DNA of 64,000 nucleotides, taken from positions 59,954,001-60,018,000 of the forward strand of contig OZ024748.1 in NCBI GenBank assembly GCA_964016885.1, written 5' to 3'. The position numbers and the translations under genes are program-made. Origin of the DNA: Eledone cirrhosa. Its lineage: Eukaryota. A model generated the notes under the pieces. The model saw only the letters and a list, made by a program, of their open reading frames with translations, ran no database searches and was not told the DNA's origin. Positions 43,868-58,101 of the stretch are shown here, one piece after another; position 1 is the first letter of the stretch, and each line of letters begins with the position of its first letter.

Positions 43868-44082
43868 AGGCGTTGGCTCAGTGGTTAGAAAATTGGATTC
43901 GCAGTCGTGACGTTGTGAGTTCGATTCTCGGACCGGGCGATGCGTTATGTCCTTGAGCAAGACACTTTATTTCACGTTGCTCCTTCTACCTGGAGTTGCG
44001 ATCGATAGATAGTATTAGCAACTGGAATGGCCGATGGAAACAATGTTTCCTCCGACCGATTTGACCAAAGTCGATCGTTCCT
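43868..44082 (+). mobile_element. tRNA-derived SINE, family B
   Basis: tggctcagtggttag A box, gagttcgattc B box, core tgtccttgagcaagacactttatttcacgttgctcc; copies at 46555 and 61953. Confidence 0.85.
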
Positions 44083-44241
44083 TATATATATATATATATA
44101 TATCCGCAAAAGGATATTTAATTTGTTGGTAATTCAACAAATATATATATTTATAACAAATTCGAAGCACTCGACAAGTTTTCTGGAGTATAATATCAAT
44201 GATATTGATAAATGGAAACTATATTTAGAAAGCCATATTTG

Positions 44242-44300
44242 TTCTATTATATATATTTCAAGGGTACCAAAACTTTGGTACGCCCTCATCAGATAAAATA
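44242..44300 (-). ncRNA. Type I hammerhead ribozyme in pLTR-like element 44104-44320
   Basis: Minus strand tattttat-CTGATGA-gggcgtaccaaa..tttggtaccctt-GAAA-tatata-TA-atagaa. Confidence 0.8.
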
Positions 44301-45101
44301 CAAAGTTTGTTTTATAAATATTGACATATGCAGGAATGAGACCTTAAGTTAATTCATATATCCAGGTAAATCTTGAACCGTTAAGGTCTCATTCCTGGTT
44401 TTTACCAGTTTTGAAATAATAAGGACCGTTATTGACCAGAGTACTCGATACTTAATATAGTAGTGTGTAACTATGTTACAGAGTCTGGATTTAGCTATCG
44501 AAATGGCAAAAAGCTCAGCCGTCGGGTCCCGACTCTCTATAAAATATATGCTGAATATAGACACACACACAATCACACACACACACAAACAAACACATTC
44601 ACAGGCACGCATTCATACACACAAACACAGACACATGTACTCATCACAAACACCCAAAATAATTCAACATCGTGTTAAATTTCTATTATTTTTGTACTAT
44701 GATATAAATGTATTATACAACGTCTGTTTTCCGTTTCAAACCTAGAAATTGTATTGTTTTAATGATGTTATATTTATTTATCTTCGATTAATCTCAGATT
44801 ATTCTCAGATTTACAACAGACGAGATTACATCATTAGAAATACTATACATTTTTTCAGTCTTACCTCTTAGGTATCACATTTTTATAACAAACATTTAAT
44901 GTTATTGCCGCTATACATTTCAGAATACCATTCTAAGAAATAAATACAATTCCTTTTATGCTTTTATGTCATATATAAACATGTACAATTATTTCCCCTT
45001 TCAGTTTCTTTAGAAAAAAATATCCCGCAAAACTGAAGCCTAATATTAGTAGAACATTCTAGTTGCAGGTTATTATATATATATATACATATAAATATAA
45101 A

Positions 45102-45149
<48 letters not shown>

Positions 45150-45283
45150 ATGATATTAAATAAATGGAAACTATATTTATAAAACCATATTTATTTTATT
45201 ATATTTATTTCATTTGACTATCCAGTGAATTTCCGACCGATGATGATTTTCATGGGTACGTCTTTATTTATAAAACAAATTTG

Positions 45284-45348
45284 TATTTTATCTGATGAAA
45301 GCGCACCAAGGTTGGCTTGGTTGCCCTTGAAATATATATAATAAAATA
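45284..45348 (+). ncRNA. Type I hammerhead ribozyme in fold-back element 45148-45484
   Basis: tattttat-CTGATGA-aagcgcaccaag..cttggttgccctt-GAAA-tatata-TA-ataaaata; 45148-45205 is an inverted copy of the downstream part. Confidence 0.85.
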
Positions 45349-45732
45349 AATATGGTTTTATAAATATAGTTTCCATTTATTTATTTAATATCATGGAATA
45401 TTTACTCCAGTAACTTGTTGAGTGCTCTAAATCAGTTATAAACATTTATGTTTGTCGGAATTCCAACAAATTAAATACAACTTCTATATATATATAAATA
45501 TCAAAATAAATATATATATTTATATATATATACATATTTATATATATATATATTTATATATATATATTTATATATATTTATATATTTATATATATATTTA
45601 TATATGTGCATGTGTGAGTGTCGAGCATAAAACTAATATATTTTTTCATTATACTATTTTGTTTAACTTGTTACCTCTCTCTGTTCTTTACACACACATA
45701 CGAATATATATATATATATATGTATATATACC

Positions 45733-45831
<99 letters not shown>

Positions 45832-46249
45832 ATATATATATATAATTACTTATATATATATGGTATACTTAATTACAAGCAATATAACCTCAAGTGAAAT
45901 ATTAAGATGTAGTAACGAATAATATTCTAAAATTAATACAAGAAATACATAAAAGAAATTCTATGTACTTTTGTAGTTTCTTGCATTCCCTTCTGGTTAA
46001 TATAATTTTGTTAGGTTAGTTGTAAATATAATGTAGATGTTGGATTGATTAGGGGTTTTCGATACCGAATCGTATCCTTCATTTCTTCCTAATCAACAAG
46101 GCAGATACTAATTACAACTTAATTAGAAGTGGAGTAATATAATGAAGCAGAGAAACGCAACAACAAAAGATAGAAAACATGATGAAGTATATCTGATAGG
46201 AATTCAATTTCTTACTATCTGCCTATTTATCTATCTATCTATATATAAA

Positions 46250-46491
46250 CCTGTAGGTTGAAGAAGAGAGCAAAAGGAAGAAAGGAGCACTTACACAACA
46301 TGGTCCTTGAGTTGAGGGTTGTTCTATCTACGGTGTATAAAGCACCCCATTTGTAGCGCCTCCCCTCTATTGGGGATTTCGATTGTTATATTTTAATGTT
46401 AAAACATTTTTTACACGACTATATTTAAAATCCCTGCCATATGCCTTTGTATTGTCCCTTTTCTTGTGCGCCCTTGTGACAAATAAAGAAA
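46250..46491 (+). mobile_element. Probable 3'UTR fragment of the Tx1-like LINE
   Basis: ctcccctctattggggattt..ttgtattgtcc..cccttgtg..aataaagaa resembles the ends of 10320-10615 and 37780-38030. Confidence 0.55.
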
Positions 46492-46554
46492 TATATATAT
46501 CTATCTATATACATACACATACTACACACATCCACATATATATATATATATATA

Positions 46555-46690
46555 GGTGTATGGCTGAGTAGTAAGAAAATTGGATTCGCAATAGTGGGTT
46601 ATGAGTTCGATTCCCGAACCGGGCGATGCATTATGTCCTTGAGCAAGACACTTTACGTTGCTCCTTCTACCTGGAGTTGTGAGCGATAGA
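46555..46690 (+). mobile_element. SINE family B copy
   Basis: Matches 43868-44000. Confidence 0.8.
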
Positions 46691-46738
46691 GAGTATAAAC
46701 AATGGGAAAGACCAAAGTCTATCTATCTACCTACCTGA

Positions 46739-46792
<54 letters not shown>

Positions 46793-47621
46793 CTCTCTAT
46801 ATATATATATCTATGTACATTTACGACAGTAATTGTAGCAGATTGGTTGTTATTTACTTGAGAGAGCAGGGATATGGTTTTGAAAGATGTGTATGAATGC
46901 ACAGCAAATGATCATTTGTTTTAGGCTTGAAGAATAGGGCGATGAAATGATGCTCAAGAAATCAATAAAGTAACAAGAACAACAACATTAAAGGAAAACA
47001 ATTGGCTGAGATCCCACCTTAATAGAGTTACATTAGAGTTAAACGGAAGTCTAATTAATTCGCTTGGACCCACCGAAATACCACCAGCCTTAACATAATC
47101 CTGAAATACATAACATCTTTGCTTGAAAATGGTGCAAAATTTGAAGATTACAATAGCTGAAAGACGAGCGTGAATTTCACACACGTTAAATTCAGCTCGG
47201 CGTGTGAAGACTATCGGTTTCTCACATCATTAGTGAACATCCCTGCAGATAGCCACGCCATCTACATTTTACGCTCCAACAAATTAGCAAAAATTTCCTG
47301 TGAAATATTAACCTACAAAATACGATTTGATTTCACACGAACGTTATCACTAGTCTTAATTTGATTCTATATCGATTTCTACTCAACGGAAAGAAAGCCT
47401 TTTGTAAAGAAAAGATATCTGTATTTGTATAAAACCGATTCCTTACCTGTATTTACCTTATTGTTTACAAATGGCCGATCGAATCCCTGACGTAGTGAGT
47501 TAGCTTTTGTGTGTTGCCATATATCGTAAATAGGTCAAGGAGAAAATGTGGAGTAAGATTTTAGATTATTTTCCATCGTTTCGAATAAAACCTAAAACTG
47601 CCACGTCAGAATTTTATAGAC

Positions 47622-47687
<66 letters not shown>

Positions 47688-47838
47688 ATCGATGTATCCT
47701 GCTATTTATCTATCTGGTTGGTTTTCTTAATTTCTACCTAGTTACTTACCTGCAAAACATTCAAATACTATCTATGTGTCTCTCTTTTTCTTGTATGGGT
47801 GAATACAAAACAAATATTCTAAGGTATACTTTCCTGGT

Positions 47839-47935
<97 letters not shown>

Positions 47936-47954
47936 GTGACACACGAGTTGTGTT

Positions 47955-48205
47955 ATATTCGTAATATATTAGTTAGTATTCAGTTTTAGATTTAAGTTTT
48001 TACCGGCTGCGCATTTCTCAAAAATCACGAGCACACTATCTCAAAATTATTTTTGAAAAGCATAAGAAATGCGCAACCGGTAAAAACAAACTGAAAACTA
48101 AAACTGAATACTAACAAATGCTTATTACTAATTTATACATATTCCTAATTAAACTATTTTTCACTGGGAAAAATTTTTCAGCATGTTCTTTTCCTTTTTA
48201 CTAAT
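47955..48205 (+). mobile_element. Fold-back copy of the TTGAAAA-core hammerhead-like element
   Basis: TTGAAAA-gcat-aagaa-atgc-GCAA-ccgg-TA at 48053-48082; 47955-48020 is an inverted copy of 48065-48125. Confidence 0.65.
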
Positions 48206-48226
48206 ATATATATATATATATATATA

Positions 48227-48928
48227 TATGAATAAAGTTAGTCCTTCATCAGTGATCTTCCAACCTTCATTGGTATTCCATTGCTTTAAAGACCATATAC
48301 CTCCGGTTCGTGCGAGCAACGGCTAAAGAAAGTCGTTGGGACACGTAAATAAGGGGAACGAGCGAGACTGTAAACAATCAAAGATGGTAATGCAACGAAA
48401 AGTGAGGAAGATAGAGTCAAGTCCCAGAATTCTATGAATATAAGTTCTGTGAAATCGTGGACGAGAGAGAATATAGACCATCAAAACTAGTCGAAATGTG
48501 AGCAAGGAATGAATTTCGCACAGGTGAAACGGGAGGTAGAAGGAGTCTAGTCCCTGAATTCAGTGAACATAAGTTCTGTGAAATCGTAGACGAAAGAGAA
48601 AAAAAGGAACAACCAACCTGGTCAAAGTGTGCGCGAGGAAAGAATTTCGCACAGGTCAAACGGGAGGAAGTAGGAGAGGGAGTAGCAGAGAGTGAGTGAG
48701 AGAAGGGTGAGGAAGAGGCTAACAGCGAGAGTGACTGTTAGAGAGGGTAAAGGGAGGTGAAAGATACAGAGAAAGAGGAAGCAGTAAGAATGAAAAAGGC
48801 GGGTCACAGCGAAGGAAAATATATATGTGTGAATATGAAAACAAGACGTGGTGCGTGGTTGCAAATGGGTTACATATGAATAAAGTTAGTCCTTCATCAG
48901 TGATCTTCCAACCTTCATTGGTATTTCA
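48227..48928. mobile_element. Unclassified ~700-bp element with ~52-bp terminal direct repeats and an internal ~140-bp duplication, in (TA)n
   Basis: atatgaataaagttagtccttcatcagtgatcttccaaccttcattggtatt at both ends; ataagttctgtgaaatcgt..gaatttcgcacaggt.aaacgggagg occurs twice. Confidence 0.6.
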
Positions 48929-49031
48929 TCATATATATATATACACACACACAGTACATATAAACATATATATATGTACATATATATGTACATATATATA
49001 TACACACGCACATATATATATATATATATAT

Positions 49032-49090
<59 letters not shown>

Positions 49091-49343
49091 TATATAAGTA
49101 TACACAATTCCCTATATCAAAAACAACATTACAGTATTTAGTGTGTCATACATAGACTAATTATTTTCATCTTTGTCATTCAACTGTCTCTCCAATTTAT
49201 TACTTTCTTTCACAGTTCGATAATTTGCTATTCATGATCGATCATTGACGCTTGTTGATCAAGATAATACTACCTTTTTTTGGTATTATGTGTTGCTGAA
49301 TCATTTATTATCATACACCTACATATATAAATGCATACACGCA

Positions 49344-49419
<76 letters not shown>

Positions 49420-49494
49420 CATATGTACGTAGATATACATATGCATTGTACGTAAATATACATATATATATTTATATATATGCATTGTATGTAA

Positions 49495-49567
<73 letters not shown>

Positions 49568-50350
49568 CACATACATATATGTATATATACACACAAAGGC
49601 ACACATATATTTATATGAATTTCTATGCACAATTATATGTTTAAATGTTTCATTAATTTTGTATATATACTGATATTTCTCTCAGTGTCTCTTTCTCTCT
49701 ATATATATGTACACACACACACACATATTTATATCTATAGATATACACACACACACATCTATACATACACACACACAGACACCTATTCATATTCATACAC
49801 GCACACACACACACAACCACACATATACACACACAAACACACACACATATATATATATATATACAAGCAAGCAAAGTAAAACATATAACAACACGGACAG
49901 CAGAGGACACGCCTCACATACAAACACACATGAATTGTGAGGAAGTATATCTATAATTCATATAGATTTAGCACGTTAACTTCATATGAATCGTGCTTCA
50001 AATTAAGGCAACGCTGATATCTGATAGTTTCACTGTAAATAACAGTAAATAACAGTAAGAGATAGTTTGACTACCAACAACAATAAACATAGACACATTT
50101 GAAAAGCAACTATGTGTAAATATTGTTTCATATATCACAGAAACTGTTGGGCGAGAAAAAGACTACGGTTATGCCTAGTGATAAATATTTAATATACCAT
50201 ATACGAAATAACTTGCAGATTGTCAAGTACTTCAAAAATAACTGTTTCTACTTTTGGCATAAGGCCAGCAATTACCCAGTACATTACTGGTACTTAATGT
50301 ATGTATGTATGTGTGTATGTATTATGTATGTTATCTCTTTCTCTTAATTT

Positions 50351-50748
50351 CGATATGCGGAAAGTCTGCGCGAAGATGGTGCCAAAACTGTTGAACGATG
50401 ACCAGAAGGGTCGACGCATGCAAGTGTGTCAGGACATCCTCGAGCGTCTTGAAACCAAACCAGACTTGCTAGGGTCAGTCATCACCGGTGAGGAGTTCAT
50501 GGATCTGCGAGTACAACCCGGAGGGGACCCGTTTTGAAGACATGGACGACATACAAAAAGCCGTGACGACGGAACTCCGGATGATCCCAGAAGAAGCCTT
50601 CCAGGAGTGCATGCAAGCGTGGCAGAAAAGGATGGAAAAGTGCATTAGACTCAAGGGGGATTACTTTGAAGGAGAAAACTCTTAGTGTGAAGTTTGGGTT
50701 TGAAATAAATATTTTGTGACAGAAGTCCTGGAACTTTTCTGACACACC
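50351..50748 (+). mobile_element. Truncated second copy of the deleted mariner
   Basis: RKVCAKMVPKLL..ITGEE, YNPE|GTRFED..GDYFEG and the right TIR. Confidence 0.9.
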
Positions 50749-50751
50749 AAG

Positions 50752-50807
<56 letters not shown>

Positions 50808-50808
50808 C

Positions 50809-50888
<80 letters not shown>

Positions 50889-51329
50889 TTATATATATAT
50901 ATACATACATTATATATATATATATATACATTATTCACAAAACTGGCGCAGAACAAAATTCCTGTTGATAACGTGATATTTCTTGTTCGATCATTATACC
51001 AAAAGCTTATAGTTTTAGATGATTTAGGTGTCACAGAAACCTGTATTTGGATTTTACCATCAATTCCATATATGTGTGTATATATGTATATATATATATA
51101 TATATATGATTTTATCATTTATATTGTCTGCCCGGTTTAGCTTGTTTTGTTTTTTGGCTTAGGTGGTATTTGCCTTCCTGACTGCATTTTCAGTTTTGTA
51201 TGGCCTTTATAACATATGTTTAGCTCTGGTTTTTAAACTATGGAGCGCTTGCCAGCATGACCCTGATTTTGCGTTTCGTTTCGCTTTTTCTACCCGCCGA
51301 AATGCGATTCTCGCTGAATTTATATTTAC

Positions 51330-51396
<67 letters not shown>

Positions 51397-51408
51397 TATA
51401 TTATATTT

Positions 51409-51475
<67 letters not shown>

Positions 51476-51536
51476 GTATATATATACATATATATATGTA
51501 TATATATATGTGTATATATGTGTGTGTATATCTATA

Positions 51537-51567
<31 letters not shown>

Positions 51568-51647
51568 GCATATATATATGTATATACATATATATGTGTA
51601 TATATATTTGTGTAGATATATATATGTATATATATATGTATATATAT

Positions 51648-51761
<114 letters not shown>

Positions 51762-52034
51762 GTATAAATATATATAAGAATTCTCTGGCAATTATATTAC
51801 CGAACACCAGATGGATGAAAGACAATAAATATCCTTGTGGGATTAGAACAGAATATGTCCAGGTAACAAATGGCGAAAAGTATTTAGTTCGGCCATTTTG
51901 TTTTATCATTGTTTTGTTCCCAAGAGACCGCATGTGAAAAAGTGAGAACTGCTCCGTGCTAAATACAATAGTAATATAATAGTTATATATACGTACAGAT
52001 GTTTATATGCGGGTGTATGTGTATATAGTTATAT

Positions 52035-52162
<128 letters not shown>

Positions 52163-52206
52163 ATATATAAACACATATATAGATATGCATATATATATAC
52201 ATATAA

Positions 52207-52237
<31 letters not shown>

Positions 52238-52559
52238 CTCAATTGTGTTTGGCTATTTAGCTAGCTTAATTACCTGTCTCCTCAAAAGTGATAAATTGGG
52301 CAGATATAATCGAGGTATATTATTAAATTAATTAATGATTGAAATATCAATGGCTGTACTAATGAAGATCTATATCTCTCTCTATTTTTTTGGTAGCTTT
52401 CGACACGAGAGAGATATAATGTCGAGATATTTCACATGTAACACGTTTAGGAAGAAAGTGCAGCATTTCACAGGAGATTAATAATTTCATTTATTTCATA
52501 TAATACTCTAGGAATATGTGATTATCTAACAGATAACATTAAATAGTTTGACAATATAT

Positions 52560-53275
52560 TTTCTAATCAGTGTTCAATTTGCAATATATTCTGGTATATT
52601 CTAGATGGCAAATGTAATATGTCTGTGCTAGAGAGACGCCATCAATCGGTTTAACATATTTGCCTGAATCTTGTTCAATTAGATATGTATTCTCGTATAT
52701 TCTGGATAGCAAACGTAGTATTTCTGTGGTTAACAGACTTGCTCATTCAGATTAACACATGTACCTTACTCACCCTACATTTGCAATACATTCTGGCATT
52801 TTCTTGGCGGCAAACGTAATATTTCTGTGGTAGGTAGCCTTCCTTAGTCGGATTAACGCACGTACATGACTCTTGTTAGATTTTCAATATATCCTAGCAT
52901 ATTTTGGGCTGTAAACGTAATATTTCCGTGGTTCACAGACTCTATCTGTCCGATTGACACATTTGCTTCACTATTCTTTCATTTGTAATACATTCTAATA
53001 AGTTCTGGGTCGCAAACTTAATATTTGTGTGGTAGACAGACGCCATTATTCGGTTTAAGACTATTCGGCTTAACTCTATTTCAATTTGCAATCGATTCTA
53101 ATATATTCTGGATGGTAAACGTATCAATTCTGTGGTATAATCAGCCGGATTAACATATTTTCTTGACTCTTGTTCCATTTTTATACATTCTAATATATTC
53201 TGGATGGCAAACGTAATATTGTTGTAGTAGACAATCTCTATCAGTTGGATTTAACACATGTATTTGACTCTTGCT
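52560..53275. repeat. Old ~101-bp tandem repeat, about 7 diverged units
   Basis: Recurring atattctggatggcaaacgtaatatttctgtggt and cggattaacacat at roughly 100-bp spacing. Confidence 0.8.
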
Positions 53276-53367
53276 TTCGTGTTTATTCTGTTGCAACATT
53301 TCAGATAGAATTTGCCTTCAAGATATATTTCCTCTACTCTACTAGTCTTGGATGCCCTGTAAAGTGG

Positions 53368-53409
<42 letters not shown>

Positions 53410-53422
53410 GCGCGCGCGCACG

Positions 53423-53453
<31 letters not shown>

Positions 53454-54087
53454 ACACACACACACACACATACATACACACACACACACACACATATATA
53501 TTGACTTTGGAAGGCATGCCAATGAACAAACTCCATTCATTCCAGATTAAGCTAATAAAAACACATAAACACATACACACACATACACACACATGTACAC
53601 ATATGTACACACATGCATACCCACATTTACTTTAGAGGGCCTGAGAAAGCTAAGTACAGGTTGTTTTCTTCCAAACCTCACTAATAAAGCGAATACAAAC
53701 CAGCACATATATACATGTATGTATACGCACACATGTACTCATGTCCACACACACAGGTACACGTATGTATACGTATATCTACATAATATTAACACATATA
53801 GGATAAGTATTAATTAATACATCCTACTCAATATGTCTTTTATAATGGAGAATCAGCCCAGACTACAGACGTTTTATTAGAAAAAAAACCTTGTACATAT
53901 TCACGACAGGAAGCTGCAATAAGTACATTTAAGAAAAAAAAATGTCCTTCCGACAGACACATGCGTTGGATTTGAATAAAAATCTATCAGACTGTTGTAG
54001 TCCAATACAGTATCAACTCAGCCATCTTGTTTCCACATGCTCATTTTATAATAGATATTTAAATATATACTAACCTACATTAAATTC

Positions 54088-57042
54088 TACTTTCCTACAA
54101 AACTCTTTCCTACAAAACACTTTCCACTTTCCTACAAAACACTTTCCACTTTCCTACAAAACACTTTCCTTCAAAACACTTTCCTACAAAACACTTTCCT
54201 ACAAAACACTTTCCTACAAAACATTTTCCTACAAAACACTTTCCTTCAAAACACTTTCCTACAAAACTCTTTCCTTCAAAACACTTTCCTACAAAACTCT
54301 TTCCTTCAAAACATTTTCGTACAAAACACTTTCCTACAAAACACTTTCCTTCAAAACACTTTCCTACAAAACACTTTCCTACAAAACACTTTCCTACAAA
54401 ACTCTTTCCTACAAAACTCTTTCCTACAAAACACTTTCCTACAAAACACTTTCCTACAAAACACTTTCCTTCAAAACACTTTCCTACAAAACTCTTTCCT
54501 TCAAAACACTTTCCTACAAAACTCTTTCCTTCAAAACATTTTCGTACAAAACACTTTCCTACAAAACACTTTCCTACAAAACACTTTCCTACAAAACACT
54601 TTCCTTCAAAACACTTTCCTACAAAATACTTTCCTACAAAACACTTTCCTTCAAAACACTTTCCTACAAAATACTTTCCTACAAAACACTTTCCTACAAA
54701 ACACTTTCCTTCAAAACACTTTCCTACAAAACACTTTCCTACAAAACTCTTTCCTACAAAACTCTTTCCTACAAAACTCTTTCCTACAAAACTCTTTCCT
54801 ACAAAACTCTTTCCTACAAAACACTTTCCTACAAAACACTTTACTTCAAAATACTTTCCTTCAAAACACTTTCCTACAAAACACTTTCCTACAAAACACT
54901 TTCCTTCAAAACACTTTCCTACAAAATACTTTCCTACAAAATACTTTCCTTCAAAACACTTTCCTACAAAACACTTTCCTACAAAACACTTTCCTACAAA
55001 ACACTTTCCTACAAAACACTTTCCTACAAAACACTTTCCTTTAAAACACTTTCCTACAAAACACTTTCCTACAAAACACTTTCCTACAAAACACTTTCCT
55101 TCAAAACACTTTCCTACAAAACACTTTCCTACAAAACTCTTTCCTACAAAACTCTTTCCTACAAAACTCTTTCCTACAAAACTCTTTCCTACAAAACTCT
55201 TTCCTACAAAACACTTTCCTACAAAACACTTTACTTCAAAACACTTTCCTTCAAAACACTTTCCTACAAAACACTTTCCTACAAAACTCTTTCCTACAAA
55301 ACTCTTTCCTACAAAACTCTTTCCTACAAAACACTTTCCTACAAAACACTTTCCTTCAAAACACTTTCCTACAACATACTTTCCTACAAAATACTTTCCT
55401 ACAAAACTCTTTCCTACAAAACACTTTCCTACAAAACACTTTCCTTCAAAACACTTTCTTACAAAACACTTACCTTCAAAACACTTTCCTTCAAAACACT
55501 TTCCTTCAAAACACTTTCCTACAAAATACTTTCCTACAAAACTCTTTCCTACAAAACACTTTCCTACAAAATACTTTCCTACAAAACTCTTTCCTACAAA
55601 ACTCTTTCCTACAAAACACTATCCTACAAAACACTTTCCTTCAAAACACTTTCCTACAAAATACTTTCCTACAAAACTCTTTCCTACAAAACTCTTTCCT
55701 ACAAAACACTTTCCTACAAAATACTTTCCTACAAAACTCTTTCCTACAAAACTCTTTCCTACAAAACACTTTCCTACAAAACTCTTTCCTACAAAACACT
55801 TTCCTACAAAACTCTTTCCTACAAAACACTTTCCTACAAAACACTTTCCTACAAAACTCTTTCCTACAAAACTCTTTCCTACAAAACTCTTTCCTACAAA
55901 ACACTTTCCTACAAAACACTTTCCTTCAAAACACTTTCCTACAAAACTCTTTCCTACAAAACTCTTTCCTACAAAATACTTTCCTACAAAACACTTTCCT
56001 ACAAAACACTTTCCTACAAAACACTTTCCTACAAAACACTTTCCTGCAAAACACTTTCATTGAAAACACTTTCCTACAAAACACTTTCCTACAAAACACG
56101 TTCCTACAAAACACTTTCCTACAAAACTCTTTCCTACAAAACACTTTCCTACAAGACACTTTCCTACAAAACACTTTCCTTCAAAACACTTTCTTACAAA
56201 ACACTTTCCTACAAAACACTTTCCTACAAAATTCTTTCCTACAAAACACTTTCCTACAAAACACTTTCCTACAAAACTCTTTCCTACAAAACACTTTCCT
56301 ACAAAACACTTTCCTACAAAACACATTCCTACAAAACACTTTCCTACAAAACACTTTCCTACAAAACACTTTCCTTCAAAACACTTTCCTACAAAACACT
56401 TTCATTGAAAACACTTTCCTACAAAACACTCTCCTACAAAACACTTTCCTTCAAAACACTTTCCTACAAAACACTTTCCTACAAAACACTTTCATTCAAA
56501 ACACTTTCCTACAAAACACTTTCCTACAAAACACTTTCATTGAAAACACTTTCCTACAAAACACTTTCCTACAAAACACTTTCCTACAAAACACTTTCAT
56601 TGAAAACACTTTCCTACAAAACACTCTCCTACAAAACACTTTCCTACAAAACACTTTCCTACAAAACACTTCCCTTCAAAACACTTTCCTACAAAACACT
56701 TTCATTGAAAACACTTTCCTACAAAACACTCTCCTACAAAACACTTTCCTTCAAAACACTTTCCTACAAAACACTTTCCTACAAAACACTTTCATTCAAA
56801 ACACTTTCCTACAAAACACTTTCCTTCAAAACACTTTCCGACAAAACACTTTCCTTCAAAACACTTTCCTACAAAACATTTTCGTACAAAACACTTTCCT
56901 TCAAAACACTTTCCTACAAAACACTTTCCTACAAAACTCTTTCCTTCAAAACACTTTCGTTAAAAAAACTTTCCTACAAAACACTTTCGTAAAAAACACT
57001 TTCCTATTACACACTTTCCTATAAAATACTTTCCTACAAACA
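54088..57042. repeat. 15-bp satellite (ACTTTCCTACAAAAC)n, about 195 units
   Basis: Four units per 60-nt line over about 2.95 kb, with recurrent variants (tcaaa, actct, atact, cattg). Confidence 0.97.
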
Positions 57043-57246
57043 GATTAATCCTAACGCCATTTTGTATACCTTCCCAGCAACCAGGTGCTACATTGAGACG
57101 GAAGGAGTGTTTTATTCATACATACATTTATATATAGCTTAGGGATACAGCTAGATCAGTTGGAGATATTTGCTTCTGACAGAACTTTCTGGAAGTAGTG
57201 TTTCAAGACTCTGCCCACTCGACACTCACAGGAATAAGTGGGAGCA

Positions 57247-57329
57247 GAAGAAGAAGAAGAAGAAGAAGAAGAAGAAGAAGAAGAAGAAGAAGAAGAAGAA
57301 GAAGAAGAAGAAGAAGAAGAAGAAGAAGA
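57247..57329. repeat. (GAA)n
   Basis: Direct reading. Confidence 0.95.
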
Positions 57330-57890
57330 GTTGAGACATCTTTACATATGTGTAACGGTATTTACAGATGCATACGGTATTTATAGAAGTAAATTGTATT
57401 TAAAACCATGGATTATGTTTACACTGGTGAGTTGTTTATAGAAATGAGCTATGTTTATGCATGCCAACTATTTAGAGCTAGTTGTACATAATGAATAATT
57501 TAAGAGTTTAATGTCTTGACTAATGGATTATATGCCTATGAATCTATTCAAGCACAACTCTGCTATCACAGTTAAAATAAATAAAAACAAACGTTCTGTA
57601 GTTTAATCCGTCAGGTGATTAAGCGGGATGAAATATAATCGTGATTCAGGTCTCATTAGTGGTTTGTTCAACACACACACACACAGACTACATATACACA
57701 CACACAAACACATCAGTCACACAAACGTGCACACAAAAACACATACACACTCACGCATATCTATACGCATACACACACACGCACACACACACACACATAT
57801 ACATATATATATACATACATATATATATACATACATACATATACATACATATTCATACATATATACATACATACATTCATACATACATAT

Positions 57891-57925
<35 letters not shown>

Positions 57926-58008
57926 CATACATATATATATACATACATATACATACATACCTATTCATACATACATACATACATACATAGAAATCTATAT
58001 ATACATAC

Positions 58009-58101
<93 letters not shown>

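Noticed and set aside
43868-43945. Possible tRNA gene
   Set aside because: A/B boxes run into a multi-copy SINE body and there is no complete cloverleaf.
55641-56992. KTLSY / KVFCR / GKCFV repeat ORFs
   Set aside because: By-product of a 15-bp satellite; no credible start, unique domain or splice context.
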